NCBI GenBank assembly: GCA_951406725.2
Contig: OX597821.1
Span: 62,186,001 to 62,250,000 of the forward strand
Length of the DNA stretch: 64,000 nt
Direction of reading: 5' to 3'
Source: Octopus vulgaris
Taxonomy: Eukaryota
Part shown: positions 11,304 to 26,460 of the stretch, in pieces
Numbering within the stretch: the first letter of the stretch is position 1
Layout: each line of letters starts with the position of its first letter
Notes under the pieces: generated by a model
Seen by the model: the letters and a program-made list of their open reading frames with translations, nothing else
Told to the model about the DNA's origin: nothing
The model's database searches: none
Program-made: the position numbers and the translations under genes

Positions 11304-12547
11304 TACGAGGGTTCCCAAAAGTTACTGGAATTGTTCTCTGTGTGACAAGCCCTTTATAGTTCAGGTGTCTATCGCTAGTAGCCACTTGCAACCCTCTGGC
11401 ATCAGCCTGCCAAATGGCATCGTTGGTTGGGCTCGTACTACCACGTGGTACGCCTTTGCTTTAAAGCTCTTCTCTGTTCGTCGATTTTTGCGATGGCTGA
11501 TGCGAAATTCTGTTTTCGACTGGGGAAAGCGGTGGACGAAACAGTTCTCATGCTTCAAACAGTTTACAAGTGCGCTGCCATGTGTAAACACAAGTTTGCG
11601 TGTAGATTTCACGCTTTAGAAATGGTCGCTTGACGCTTGAAGTCCCACCTCGTTCAGAGTGTCCGTCGACATCCAGAAGGAATGAAAATCTCAAAAAATT
11701 TCATGAACTGATCTTAGCGAACCGTCGCCGAAAATTAACGAACTTGTTGATATGACTGCAGTGTCCTAAAACGAATTTTGAGCGAGGAATTGCGAATGGA
11801 AAAGTTGCAGCAAAACTTATGCTTCGCTTGCTCACAGAAGATAAAAAGTAGTCACGACTGAATGCGTGTCTTGAACCAAAAGAACAGCTGTAAGGTGGTC
11901 CGGACCCGTGTTTGAAGATCATCACTAGTGGCGAAAGCCGTTGCAACGGCTAGGACCCGAAGGCGAATCAGTAACCAAGTCAATGGCAGCATTCAATGTC
12001 ACCCGGCACCACCAAAGTGTGTGATGTGAAGTCCGATCTGAAGAAGATGCTGATTTGTGTCACCGATGCGAAAGAAATTGTTCACACAAGATTAGTTTCT
12101 TCCGGTCAAACATTTAACCAGGCATTTTACTTGGCAGTTCTGAAGTTTTGCGAGACGCCGTGACATGAAAACGCCACGACCTGTGGCGAAGTGGAGAAAG
12201 GTGGTTTCACCACGGCAATGCTCCCGCGCACGCCGCCTTGAATGTGACACAGTTTTTGACCAAAAATGACATGATCCTGCTTACCAACCCTCTCTATCCA
12301 CACGATCTTGCTCCCTAAGATTTATTATGCTCCCTCGAATGAAAATAAGTCCCTAAAGAAAAACGTTTTGAAGATGTGAAAGGGATGAAGGAAAAAACTA
12401 CTGAGGCGTTAAAAGGCATCACTTCGCAAATGTTTCATGACTGCTTCGAACAATGGAAAACATTTCTGGATCGATGCACTCCTTCAAATATAGAATACTT
12501 TGAAGACATTAAAAGAGTAAACATGTAAAACGAAGTACACTCTCGTA
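11304..12547 (+). mobile_element. Decayed near-full-length mariner/Tc1 DNA transposon
   Basis: Ends TACGAGGG and CTCTCGTA with TA. Frameshifted transposase remnants KFCFRLGK, WFHHGNAPAHAA, LYPHDLAP*, KRFEDV, CFEQWK. Confidence 0.88.
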
Positions 12548-12550
12548 TGT

Positions 12551-12593
<43 letters not shown>

Positions 12594-12674
12594 TGTGTGT
12601 GTGTGAGGCGGGGATCAGGTATCGTGCAGTATTGAAAGCTGTGTGTTTGCTTTTCTCTCTGCCTACCTTTTAGT

Positions 12675-12723
12675 ATCTATCTATCTATCTATCTGTCTGT
12701 CTATCTATCTGTCGATCTATCCG

Positions 12724-12784
<61 letters not shown>

Positions 12785-12868
12785 ATATATCTATATATCT
12801 ATCTATCTATCTATATATCTATCTATCTATCTATCTATCTATATATCTGTCGATCTATCTATCTGTCG

Positions 12869-12916
<48 letters not shown>

Positions 12917-13160
12917 GTCTATCTATCTATCTATTTATTTATCTAAATATCTGTCTATTTATCTATCCATCTAACTATCTATCTATATCTATCTATCTAT
13001 CTATCTATATATCTATGTATCTGTCTATCTATCTATCTAGCTATCTATCTATCTATATCTATGTATCTATCTATCTATACATGTATCTATCCAGACAGCC
13101 AGCCTTCCTTTCATCCATCCATCTATCTATCTATCTATCACCTGTATCCATCTATCTATA
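12675..13160. repeat. (TATC)n tetranucleotide satellite
   Basis: About 480 bp of ATCT repeats. Confidence 0.97.
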
Positions 13161-13865
13161 GACAGACAAGTGCATACATATATACAAGCACACACGCACA
13201 CAAACACACACGCACACACACATACACACATACTCGCACACGCCTATATATATAGATACATATGCATCGATTTATTTCCTTAGTTTATTACCTATCGAGC
13301 GACATATACGCTTGCATGTGTATGCACATAAGAATATTTATGTCTTTGAGTGATTCACATTGTGTATGTAAGCATTAGTGCTGTGTGTACATGTCTGTCT
13401 GTGCATGGGTGCCCTCGCGCGCGTGTAAACCAGATAACAGAAAAGATCCTGTCTACAGAAAAGTTCATACTTTTCGCTACAAGTCATTTTCAACTTATTA
13501 CCTCCACAGAATCGGAAGTAAAATATATATCAGCTGCTGAATCTCGCTGAACAGACCAACGTAGAAGGGGAAACATGATAATGTTTATGTATTTTCATAG
13601 GCAATATTTTTTGTTATATTCTTGTATTAGTCTTGTTTCGTATATGCGGATTCTTTTTATTTTTATACTTCCTGATTCTCCTTATCGCTTGCCTCCTCGT
13701 TCTTGTACGTATCTTTTTCACCTTTATTTTTATCATCATAAGCGGCAGCTGCAGCAGTAGTGCTGTCGTCATCAACACCACCTCCTTGGAGAACCCTCAT
13801 CGTCTTCGACGTAGTAATCGTCATTCTCCTCCTCACCTTCTTGTTCTTCATAAACTTTCATCATA

Positions 13866-13901
<36 letters not shown>

Positions 13902-13927
13902 GAAAAATAATAATAATTATAATGATA

Positions 13928-14323
13928 TTCTTTTACACTTTTACTTCTTTCAGTTATTTGACTGTGACCATGCTGGAGCACCGCCTTTAGACGAGCAAAT
14001 TGACCCCAGGACTTATTCTTTGTAAGCCTAGTACTTATTCTATCGGTCTCTTTAGCCGAACCGCTAAGTTACGGTGACGTAAACACACCAGTATCTGTTG
14101 CGAAGCGATGTTGGGGGGAAAAACACAGACAAACATAAACACACATATATACATATATACTACGGGCTTCTTTCAGTTTTCCTCTACCAAATCCACTCAC
14201 AAGGATTTGGTCGGCCCGAGGCTATAGTAGAAGACATTTACCCAAGGTGCCATGCAGTGGGACTGAACCCGGACCCATATGGTTGGTAAACTAGCTACTT
14301 ACTGCACAGCCACTCCTACCCCT
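13928..14323 (-). mobile_element. SINE family A (tRNA-like head, CORE-like cttgggcaagtg box, internal microsatellite, CR1-like tail)
   Basis: Homologous to 42079-42493. Confidence 0.88.
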
Positions 14324-14331
14324 ACTATTAA

Positions 14332-14429
<98 letters not shown>

Positions 14430-14432
14430 TTA

Positions 14433-14515
14433 ATGTGTCATCTTAGTTCACTGGTAATGAACAGCTGGCACAGTAGTACCTCTCCAGCGTTTGAAGCTGT
14501 GCTAAGACTATAAAT
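14433..14515 (+). mobile_element. 3' terminus of R4/Dong-like LINE embedded in (TAA)n
   Basis: Matches the reverse complement of 61497-61560 (gtgtca..gttcactggtaatgaacagct..gaagctgtgc.aagac). Confidence 0.7.
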
Positions 14516-14559
14516 AATAACAACAACAACAACAACAATAATAATAATAATAATAATAT

Positions 14560-15330
14560 ACAAACACGACAGAGTAAGTAGTTACATCCACTGGACAATA
14601 TGTCACCCTTACAACATTGAAACTGACAATATGTGCCAAACTAGGTACAAGACAACGGCCAGGCCACAATCATCTGGGAGGCGACGGTTGAAAGCGACAA
14701 AGAAATAAAAGCTAATCGTTCAGACATGTTAATCAAGGATTGGGAAGTAAAAACACACTTTGCTTACTGATAGACATTGCAGTCACTTCTGATCAAAATA
14801 TATTCCATAAAGGATTGGAGAAATTGTCAGAGTACAAAGACCTCGAAACTGAAGTATTCAAGATATGGGCATGAAGGTAAAAACAGTAGTAATAATAATT
14901 GGAGCATTGGGTACGGCAAAAAAAATCATTTAACAAAAACGTAGAAGCTATACCTGGATCCTCAACGTTACGCACTCCCCACAAAATATCCCTACTAAAA
15001 AGAGCCCACATACTACGCAAGACACCATTAATTCAATAATACGAACTAAACAAAACAACCCACAAATACAAGACACATTCTATACAGCAGTTACCCTGTG
15101 AAATAAATCCCTATCAGTAACGTAGGAAACCAAAGCATTACACACTCCACATACAATACAAGCAGTTACACAATACCTGAAGAGAAAAATAAAAACTAGC
15201 ACAATACCGGGCATAGTTCGCACACCCCAAAGAGCTGAATATAACACACAAAGTTTCACACACCTCAGCATCACGGAGGTGTAACAAGCGATGCAGCAGC
15301 AAGTTGCCTCAAACTGTCAAAGGCTGAACA
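14560..15330 (+). mobile_element. R4/Dong-like LINE 3' fragment (restriction-like endonuclease region)
   Basis: DKEIKANRSDMLIKDW, LLIDIAVTSDQNI, EKLSEYKDLETEV, VVIIIGALG. Adjacent to (TAA)n. Confidence 0.85.
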
Positions 15331-16131
15331 ATTATAAATTAATAATATATCTCATTTTAAGGAGGTTTGTTCCCAAGGTACTTAAGCGATTATTAGACTC
15401 CTTTGCTTAGGTGAGACTAATCATTAATTCTTCTCGTTTTTCTCCAAGAAATACCTGTTGGTCAAATTTCAAATTTCAGTTAATAATTTCAAGTAAAGAC
15501 AAGTACATGCAATATCACATGGCGTATTAGCAGTAAACTCTCCTATCATGCACATAAAGATTTGAACTCTTTCTACTGCTGACAAATCTAGTTAATAATT
15601 AGAAGTGATTCTGTAATTGCGTGAGTAAGGTGTTACGTTTCAATACTGTACGTGACACTCTGTGATTTTTTACCCTATTTTATTAAGGAATGAAGAGCCT
15701 TCCTTCACTAATTGCATAAAATGTCTAGCAGAAGAACAAGGACTTTGAAGTAATATTTAGTCAGTACCATCAACTGATTTGTACTTGATTTATAGTACAT
15801 CCAATCAACCCCGGAGAAATGAGTGAAAGAACTGATCTCAGTGGTATTTGATCTCAGAATGGAAAGAGCCGTCACTAAATATAGCATATAGTATTGGCAT
15901 TTCGGTCGACATTCACGCACAGGTATCGCCGTGTAGCTGAGAGACACGCATTGCAAACACGTAATTTCTGGTTCAGTACCCTTGCGGGGCACCATGAACA
16001 AGTGCCTTGTACTATAGCACTGAGCGAAGCAGTATATAGTGAGTGAGTTTGGTAGATAAAAACTGTGTATTCTGAATTTAATTTGCTATCCACCACCGCC
16101 ACCACCAAAGAGAACGAAGCAATAGCACCAA

Positions 16132-16181
<50 letters not shown>

Positions 16182-16309
16182 TTGCTACTAGAAATATCGT
16201 TGAACATAAATTTCCTCAGTTTGCGACGAGTAGGAATAGCAACAATACCAACTAATGCTGCGGAAAGAAGAAAAGCAGCAAGAGCAGCAACAATAGGATT
16301 AGTAATAGA

Positions 16310-16349
<40 letters not shown>

Positions 16350-16386
16350 GTAGTAGTATTATTATTAGTAGTAGTAGTAGTAGTGT

Positions 16387-16712
16387 GAAGGCGCATGGCT
16401 CAGTGGTTAGAGCGTCGGAATTACGATCGCGAGGATGTGAGTTCGACTCCAGGACTGGGCTGCGTGTTGTGTTCTTGAGCAAGACACTTTAATTCACGTT
16501 GTTCCAGTTCACTCAGCTCTAGAAATGGATTGCGACGTCACTGGTACCAAACTGCGTCAGCCTGTGCTTTTCCCTTGGATAACATCAATGGTGTGGAGAG
16601 CGGATGCTGGTATGCATGGGTGACTGCTAGTCTTCCATAAACAAAACTTTTCCAGACTTGTACCTCAGAGGGTAACTTCGTAGGTGCAATCCCGTGGTTG
16701 TGACCAAAGGAG
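16387..16712 (+). mobile_element. tRNA-derived SINE family B
   Basis: A box TGGCTCAGTGG, B box GTTCGACTCC, CORE-like cttgagcaagacact. Paralog at 21733. Confidence 0.88.
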
Positions 16713-16779
16713 TCACCACAGTAGTGGTAGTGGCGACGTCAGTGGTGTTGCAGTAGTAGTAGTAGTAGTATTAGGAGAA

Positions 16780-17340
16780 GACGGGGAAGGAGAAAAAAGA
16801 AGACGAAGAAGAAGAGGAAGAAGAAAAGAAGAAGCGAATAAGAATGAAAAAGAAGTAGAAGTAAACATTAATAAGAAGAAGGAGAGGAGATAGAAAAAGA
16901 AAATAAGGAAAAGGAGAAGAGATAGAAGAAGAAGAAGAAGAAGAAGAAGAAGAAGAAGAAGAAGAAGAAGGAGAAGAAAAAGAAGAGAGTGAAGAAATTT
17001 AGACGATGTTTAGACGAATTTTGTTCTGTTTATCTGAAGAAGAAGAGGTAGAAAAAGAAAAAGAAGGGAAAGGAAAAGAGGTAGAAGAGGTGGAAGAAAG
17101 AAAGAAAAGGAGATGAGGAAGAAGAAGAAGAAGAATGTGAAGAAGGGATGTGAAGAAATTTAGACGATGCTTTAGACGAATTTTGTGCTGTTTATCTGAT
17201 ACGTAGGCCATCACTTATCTTCTCCACAGTAAACGTAGTACATACATCATCATTTCAAATTTCCTCGACTTGCTACATGATACTTTCCCAGATAATAAGG
17301 TCAAACACACACACACATACACACACTCACACGAATAATG

Positions 17341-17416
<76 letters not shown>

Positions 17417-17501
17417 TAATAATAATAATAATGATAATAATAATAATAATAGCTGATACAGTAGTACATCTCCAGCGTTAGAAGCTCTGCAAAGACAACA
17501 A

Positions 17502-17578
<77 letters not shown>

Positions 17579-17892
17579 GAAGAAGAAGAAGAAGAAGAAG
17601 GAGAAGAAGAAGAGGAACAAGAACAAGGAGAAAGAACAAGGAGAAGAAGAAGAAGAAGAAGAAGAAGAAGAAGAACAACAACAACAACAACAACAAGGAG
17701 AAGAAGAAGTAGAAGAAGAAGAAGAACACGAAGAAGAGGAAGAATGAGAAGTAGAATAATAATAAGAAGAACAACAAGGACAAGAACAAGAAGAACAAGA
17801 AAAACGAGGAGAACAAGAAGGAGAAGAAGAAAAAGAAGAAGAAGGAGAAGAAGAAGAAGAAGAAGAAGAAGAAGAAGAAGAAGAAGAAGAAG

Positions 17893-17938
<46 letters not shown>

Positions 17939-17940
17939 AA
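16780..17940. repeat. Compound (GAA)n/(TAA)n/(CAA)n low-complexity tract
   Basis: Trinucleotide runs. Contains a Dong-like 3' end at about 17450-17505. Confidence 0.95.
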
Positions 17941-18443
17941 GTAAAATCGCCGGTTCTTATAAGGAAGATAACTGAAAAATATTAAAACTAAGGAGATACC
18001 ACGGAAGCAAAAAATGAAAGTGTATAAAAAATAGAAAGTTACCAAATTTTTTAGCATGGTCGAGATAACACATAGAATATGTAGAACATTTTGACAATAA
18101 TTTCATTCTGTGGAAATACTATTCTGTTCGGAGATAACATTTCAGGTAATATTTGTTCTTGGTATGTGTGTACGTTTGTGTGCAGCTAATTCCCTCAAGT
18201 TTAGATATACACAATTATCAATTTTACTTTTTCGTTCACTTTTTACTCCCTCTATTATATTCCTTAGATAGTGTGCTATTGTTAGTGGAAAAATTCTAAA
18301 ATGTTTCCAGAATAATAATATAATGATATCCTAAATTTCATCAATATTTAGCTTCTGTAAATGTGCTTAGGTACGAATATATAATGCACAAATACGCTCA
18401 TATATTCACACAGACACAAATACACACACACACACACACACAC

Positions 18444-18493
<50 letters not shown>

Positions 18494-18507
18494 ATATATA
18501 TATATAT

Positions 18508-18925
18508 ACTCTCTTTTACTGTCTTTTACTTGTTTCAGTCATTTGACTGCGGCCATGCTGGAGTACCGCCTTTAGTCGATCCAATCGAACCTAGGACTTA
18601 TTCTTTATAAGCCTAGTACTTATTCTATCGGTCACTTTTACCGAACCGCTAAGTTACGGGGACGTAAACTCACCAGCATCGGTTGTCAAGCGATGTTGGG
18701 GGACAAACACAGACACGCAAACATACACACACATATACATACACACATATATATATACATATATACGACGAGCTTCTTTCAGTTTCCGTCTACCAAATCC
18801 ACTCACAAGGCTTTGGTCGGCCCGAGGCTATAGTAGGAGACACTTGCCCACGATACTACGTAGTGGGACTGAACCCGGAATCATGTGGTTGGTAAGCAAG
18901 CTACTTACCACACAGCCACTCCTGC
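18508..18925 (-). mobile_element. SINE family A
   Basis: Homologous to 42079-42493. Confidence 0.9.
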
Positions 18926-21429
18926 ATATATATGCATTACGTTATGAATTTATGGGTTGGCAATATATTCCTAGCATACATCTAACATTTGGCACCATTG
19001 AGATACAAATATATAAACACTGATTTACGTGGATGATCTCTTTCATGGTTTATTATAAAACTAATAGTCGATAAAGGCAATGTGTCCCCATTTTTAATCG
19101 CAATTATTCTTGCAATATCTGAAATCAATAAATACTACATTTTATTTTCATTGAGCGCAAAACACAGAATCGAAAGCAATGTGACCTAACCGATGTCTGG
19201 TTATTTACATAAAGTATCTTATTTTAAATTGAATTATTTTCCCCTCAATATATAAATATTGATTGTGAAAATCAAATGTTTTATATTCATTATACTTTCA
19301 ATTTTCCATCTCACTCAGCAATTAAAAGTTCACGCTATATTTACATATAAATAGTATTATTAAAGCCAATTATGCACTATTTGTTGAATTGGACACAGGA
19401 ACATTTCAACGAATGTTATATATATGTAATGAGTTTCGTACGTATTTCTTATGGTCTGTATGCGTTTTTTTCTATACCTTTGAGTATATGTTCTTTTTTC
19501 TGATTAAGATTGATCTGCAATAGTTATCGTGACCACAATAAGATGTAGTACCTGGAGACATATGGTTTGTAGCATTCACATTTGTGTGTGTACCGGCTGC
19601 TTAGACCAAACCGGGCTAAAATTCATAACAAAGTACATTCTGAATTTCCGTAGAAATTAAGTTTTCTTCGTGTCATTCTATCATAATTTAAATGGCATGG
19701 AATTCCCTCTCTGTGACAGTCCAACTTAATGCCTTCAGCTCGCCGATGTTCTCATTCAGCATAATATGTTTATATATCCGAGTATAGATGTCCCTCACAT
19801 TTATGGCTACACTGGCTGAACACGCCACAAAACAGCGGGATCATTAATATAACTGAAATACATCTTCTGTACACACGAAAAATAACTTTAATAATGAAAT
19901 ATGTAGAACATAAGTGAACTGTTTTTCTTTTTTAAATATCCTTTCTAAAATTATTTATATGTTCGGGAAACACTTCTGGGGGATACAATTCCATAATAAT
20001 AGTTAGTGACTACATGCAAGCCACATCAAGAGTTGAGCATATTTTCCTTTTGGTTTATGTGAGACGTTGGCGACCTTTTAGTAATGAGGATAAAATAAAT
20101 TGTAAAACTACTTTATACAGTGTATTGTCAATGGGGGTTATCCTTTTGCAGAAAAGAACCTTTACAATGCAGTTGAGAGTAGTTACAAATGTATTTCATA
20201 CTATCTTTTGTTGAAAGTAAAGCGATGCATGAATTACTACATACTACCGAAATGAGGCCATGTTTTACCGAAATGATGCCGTGTTTTCAATATATACGTT
20301 ATAAATTTATATTCTACTTGACATAGGATCGATAGTTTTTAAGCAAAGTTATTCATAATACTGTGAACAGTTAAATTCATTTAAACCCAATGTTCTTTCC
20401 ATGAATTGAACGCAATGTAGTTATTCCTCAGACATTTCACAAGGTAGACCATTAGATAAAGGAAGGCAGGGGGTATATGTTCCGAAATTAATATAATACA
20501 TACTGTTACCACTCAAATCGAAAATATTTTATAAAAAGAAATTCCCCGTGCAGATGGATATGCACAGAGCAAGGGGATTTAGGAACATCTTAGAATTCCT
20601 CGTATGAATATTTTGAAGAAATAATGTTAACAGTAATATATTTAATTCAATAACGGTTCTGGGATGCCAATTGTTCTTAGATTAAAATATATATATTTAC
20701 CTGAGGTTAAATTTTCTTTACAGCAAGTGTATAACGAATAAGTAATTGACTCCCAAATTACTTGAAATAGCAGAATTATATTAACGCCTTAACATTCAGG
20801 TACGTCTCCCAATGAAGTTGACACAGCATGTATATTTCGTGACTCTGTTCAGAAAGTCTGCAATGTATCTAATCATCTTTTTGAAATATTTCCCTAAAGC
20901 TGGTCGAAATTCGTACATCTGTTCATAGCTGGATTATATATCAAACGTCAACAATCTCTTATCCTTCTAACGTTAAATCGCACACATCAGAATGATGATA
21001 AATTGAGTAATCCATACAAAGCTTCTTGTTAATTAGTAGGCAGTTCTTTGAAGAGAACTCCATACATATATAAATACATAGTATGCCGACTGGTTCATAG
21101 CATGTATCCTACCCATGGTCAAGTTATTTAAAATATATGCTCAAAATCGTTCTTGTACGAGACGATACCATTTGAAGTATAAGCAGATATGCGTCAGTAT
21201 GGATATTTATTCCACTAGGTGCAGGAGTGATTTAGATTTAACATGTGTGAGTAAATCTTCTCCTGGGACAAAACAAAGAACCATAATGGATATGTACAAA
21301 TACATATGTGAAAACAAAGATTCACAAATCTGACGGTGTGTATACATGTTCACAAACGTATATGTTTACATGTGCATCATGTATATATGTACGCAGATAC
21401 ACACGCGCGCATGCGTATACAACAATGAA

Positions 21430-22065
<636 letters not shown>

Positions 22066-23552
22066 CTCAGATATATATTTATACATCTGCATGACTATAC
22101 ATAAATGAATTCGTAGAAACATATACGAAACATTTGCCTGAATATAGATATGTCTTTGTGTATTCCTCTGTTTCGTGTATAATTGTGAGTTTCCAGTGTA
22201 TAACAATGTCAGTAATGCGCAAAGAGTTGATAAAATTAATGTGTATGAACATTGACTCTAAAAAAAATATCAAACCAAAACATACGACTTTTTGAGTGTT
22301 AGCTGTAGCCTCAGATAACATGGATTTCATTTGAGAAGTTGTGTTTGACCGCATTTTTGTTTCGCAGCGAATCCTACCATATTTAAATGCTGACTTTAAA
22401 TGGGTTACTAAAAGTCTTCTATAAACTCTTCTTCATGGGCAATAATTTTGTTATCGCCTTCAAGCTACTCGGTGATAATATAAGAAAAATGGGTCAGTAT
22501 AATCTATTCCAACACTTTCTATATTTGTTTACGGTATAACCAATGAACTATTAGTAACGTAATAGAGAGACGAATGAGTATAGCGTTACGACGTGCGATA
22601 TAATGCATTATTATAATTATTTCAGCACTCTGCATTTTGAGTTCAGATCCAACCGTGATCTTGTCATCATTTCGTGGGAAATAAATATATTCTCATGACA
22701 GTAGCGTGATGGCTTTTTTTCTTTTCCCGAACATTATTATGTGTTGAACTGAACTTGTATTTTAAGGCGTTGTCAGGCTAATTCGACCAGTGTGGATTAA
22801 GTTAAATGCACACGAGACTATCGAATACCCAACTGCTGAAACATTAATTTTACTACTGGGAATTCAATGGGTTGTGCAAATGAATGATCATCATTGAAAT
22901 GACGTAAGCTCCGACATTATAAACTGCTGTACATTTTCAAAACACCATACTCAATAGATTTACGATCGATAAAGGGATTAATCACTGGATGCATAACATA
23001 TTCGATATGATGGATATATGAAGTTATCGTGACCGCTGGAGAGATAGCATTATAGGAAATCATGACGCCTCATTACATTTCTATGTATATATGTCGTTCT
23101 TATCAGATTTTCTATACTATGTAATAAACCCAATAATTATACGAAGCTCTAGTAAACCGGTAGCCTCTGCTAACGCATAACCTAAGTCATATAGGCTGGA
23201 TTCAATTACCCAAAGGGACTGCATCAGCTAATATAATAAAGCTGTACAAGTAATGAAATATACTTCCTCCACCACAAAAAAGGGGAAAAAATGAAATATT
23301 ACTGAAAGTTTATAGCGTACGCACACATATGCACACACGCTTTAAAGGCGCGCACACAGACACACACATACACACATATATGTGTATATACATAGATGTC
23401 CATCTATACATACATACATAAATATACATATATATGTATACATATATACATATATATATACACACGTATATATATACATACATACATATATATATATATA
23501 TATGAATGTATGCATAGATAGATATAGATATATATATTTATGCATATATATA

Positions 23553-23596
<44 letters not shown>

Positions 23597-23686
23597 CATA
23601 CATATATATATATATTAAAGGAGGAGGAGCACATCACACATCACACGTATATATATATATCGCCACCAATCTCACTCTCTCTCTTG

Positions 23687-23720
<34 letters not shown>

Positions 23721-24109
23721 ACGTATGTGTGTATATGTATGTGTATGTGTGGTGTGCGTGTGTGTATGTGTGTGCCTGTAAATGTTTGTGTGTGAGTATG
23801 TGTGTGAGTTTGATTGTTGACGGCTGGATGAGAAAAACACAATTCTTTGAGGCAAACCGCATTGTCTGATATTGAATTGATTTACTATTCATGATTATGG
23901 ATTCAAACGCTCACCAAAAGCCCAATATGTCTATCCATAAATTCATTTCCATCACACTAGAAGGTAGAACTCCGGCGTTGACGTTCGCGTGATTTGAACT
24001 TACTATATGTGGATCTGCATCTAAATAACCAGTGAACCTTTCTGTGAAGCTTCCAATGTTTCTACCGATCAGTGACATTATATTGCATAATATTATTGAC
24101 AAAGTATAA

Positions 24110-24325
24110 GGCGGCAAGTAGGCAGAATGGTGACAGCCCCGAAGAAATTGCTTAGCCGCATTTCATCCAACTTTACACTCTGAGATCTAATTCAGGTGAG
24201 GTCGATTTGCATTTTATCCTTTCGAGATCGATAAAATAATTAGTAACTGAGCACTTGAGTGGATGTAATCGAACAAACCCGAAAATACTGACTTTGTGCC
24301 AATATTTAAAATCAATATTAATATC
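24110..24325 (+). mobile_element. SINE family C, diverged
   Basis: ggcggc..ggcagaa...tcgataaaata. Homologous to the 28.1-29.4 kb units. Confidence 0.7.
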
Positions 24326-24357
24326 AAGGTCGTCTTACATAGTGCTTACGGTTGTGC

Positions 24358-24442
<85 letters not shown>

Positions 24443-24444
24443 CA

Positions 24445-26130
24445 TACGTGTATTACCTGTATTATCTATTATCGAAAGCTAACCTTTCCAGCGCCTTCTG
24501 TTAAGATACTGCATACGGTGGCATCTGTTTCTCCTGCTCGCCAGCAGAACTATGCAATAGGTCATAAATTTTAATTCATCTATGTAAAATAGTTCCTAAG
24601 AATTTTAAGAAGCTAAATAACAGATGGGATATCAGATTCATTATCATCATCACTGACAGTGACACCATCGTCAGTAACAGGAACAGCTTCAACCTGTGGA
24701 GGAAACGTTGATGGAGGTGACAGCACATCTGCTTGACTTGAAGTTGATGGCAGTGGATAATAAAGTGTAGACACTGCTGCTTGTAGTGTCTGTTACTTCA
24801 TATACATGAGTCTTTCTCAAATAAGTTTAGTCTGGAGCAATTAAATATTCATGGTTTCTTGTTCCCATACAAAATATTATTCCTCTAGTCCAGCCAGCAG
24901 TTTAGGTTTCAACGTAATTAACCTGTCAATAGAGACTCTTGCTCTAACATCCTCCTCATTTTCATCACTGCTTTCATCTTCATAACTACCTGTATAGGCA
25001 TGTCTCTCCGTATTTTTAACCATATCTACAATTTTAGAATCAATGTAATGATGAGCTGTAGATGCATAATCATCAACATCCATCCGTTCCGTTAAATCAT
25101 CTCCATTCAGCCTTGCTGAAAGCTCCTTGGCATCAGGTTTAGTGACATCTCTAAAATAAGCAATAAGTTCCTGTATAAGCTACTTCTCTTTGGAAACCCT
25201 AAATCCTTCAAAACCATCTTAAAATATCTTCGTGAGAATGAGAATGGCCACAATTTATGCAATCACGTTTTCAGTGTTGATGTTTTGACAGACGTTCATG
25301 CATTGGCAACACAGCACACTGCATCCTTAATGTTGAATTCTTTGATAAACGTCTGTTCTGGGGTGCCTGAATTTACTGAACTAACTAGGAACCTGATTAA
25401 TATGGATCGATACTTACACTTCATTAAACAATTGCCCTATGGTCGAATTAGTAACGTGCAGTTGGGTGGAAGGTAGCAATTATTTTTCACTAGAAGATCG
25501 GCTTTTGGATGTGCTGAACAAATGTCCCAAAATATGAAGTATCTTACATTTAGGGTCTAGTCCAACTGAGTTACATTGAGCCCTGGCCTCAGGAACAAAA
25601 CATTTTTGGAACCAGTCGAATGTAATATTAGTAGCAACCCACCCCTTCTTGTTGGCACTGTAATGGACAGGAAACTGGGTCATTCCATTGAAAGCTTGAT
25701 AGCAAGCAACATACATCTATGGTTACCCGCAGCTTTACAGCAGCACATAACCGTAACGCAGTAATTCGAAGCGTTAAATCCCGATGGCGATTCTGCATTC
25801 CCAGTTGTCAGAGTTCTTTTTGGAGTACATCTCGAAAACAAGGCAGTCTCGTCAGCAATGTGCACTTGTTCAGGACTAAAAGGTTCATATCTAACCAAAT
25901 TTGCAACTTCCCCACATATGCACTAGCAGCATCTTTGTCTGCTGACAGTTTTTCACCATAAACGGCACAAAACTGTAAGACACGTCGCGAATTGAAACGA
26001 TGCAGCCAACGTTCTGAATGTTCACACTTGTGTTGCAATCCTAGCTCTTCATGAAACACTTGGGCTTGTTCCTTTAATAAATCCTTTAATAAATTAATAA
26101 ATAATTCCTTTAATAAATCACCAGGAATTG
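24445..26130 (-). mobile_element. Decayed pogo/Tigger (CENP-B HTH + DDE) DNA transposon
   Basis: SERWLHRFNSR (HTH), IADETALFSRCTPKRTL, VTVMCC..AAG, YSANKKGWV..FDWFQKCFVPEAR. Multiple frameshifts. Confidence 0.88.
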
Positions 26131-26351
26131 TATATATATTGATGGATATTAGTTACGATATATATTAATTATTACATATCTCTCTTTTATATATATATAT
26201 ATACATATATATATACATTTTGATTTGAAAACCCCACTAGAATGGGAGAAAGCGCTAATGATCTAAGTGATATTATATATATATAAACAATGTAATATAT
26301 AAATAAATATCTGTAAATATAAACCATCCGATCTTCTGATTACCTCATTTC

Positions 26352-26403
<52 letters not shown>

Positions 26404-26429
26404 CATACATACATACATACATACATACA

Positions 26430-26460
<31 letters not shown>

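Noticed and set aside
16387-16460. tRNA gene candidates (also 21733, 56232, 54893)
   Set aside because: A/B boxes are present but I could not build a full cloverleaf. The first three continue into SINE bodies.
16990-17200. ~48-bp direct repeat gtgaagaaatttagacgatg...gtttatctga
   Set aside because: Local duplication within a (GAA)n tract with no further structure.
17215-18057. 280-aa hydrophobic ORF and the many YIYI/THTH/LSIY/poly-I ORFs across the window
   Set aside because: Translations of microsatellites, not genes.
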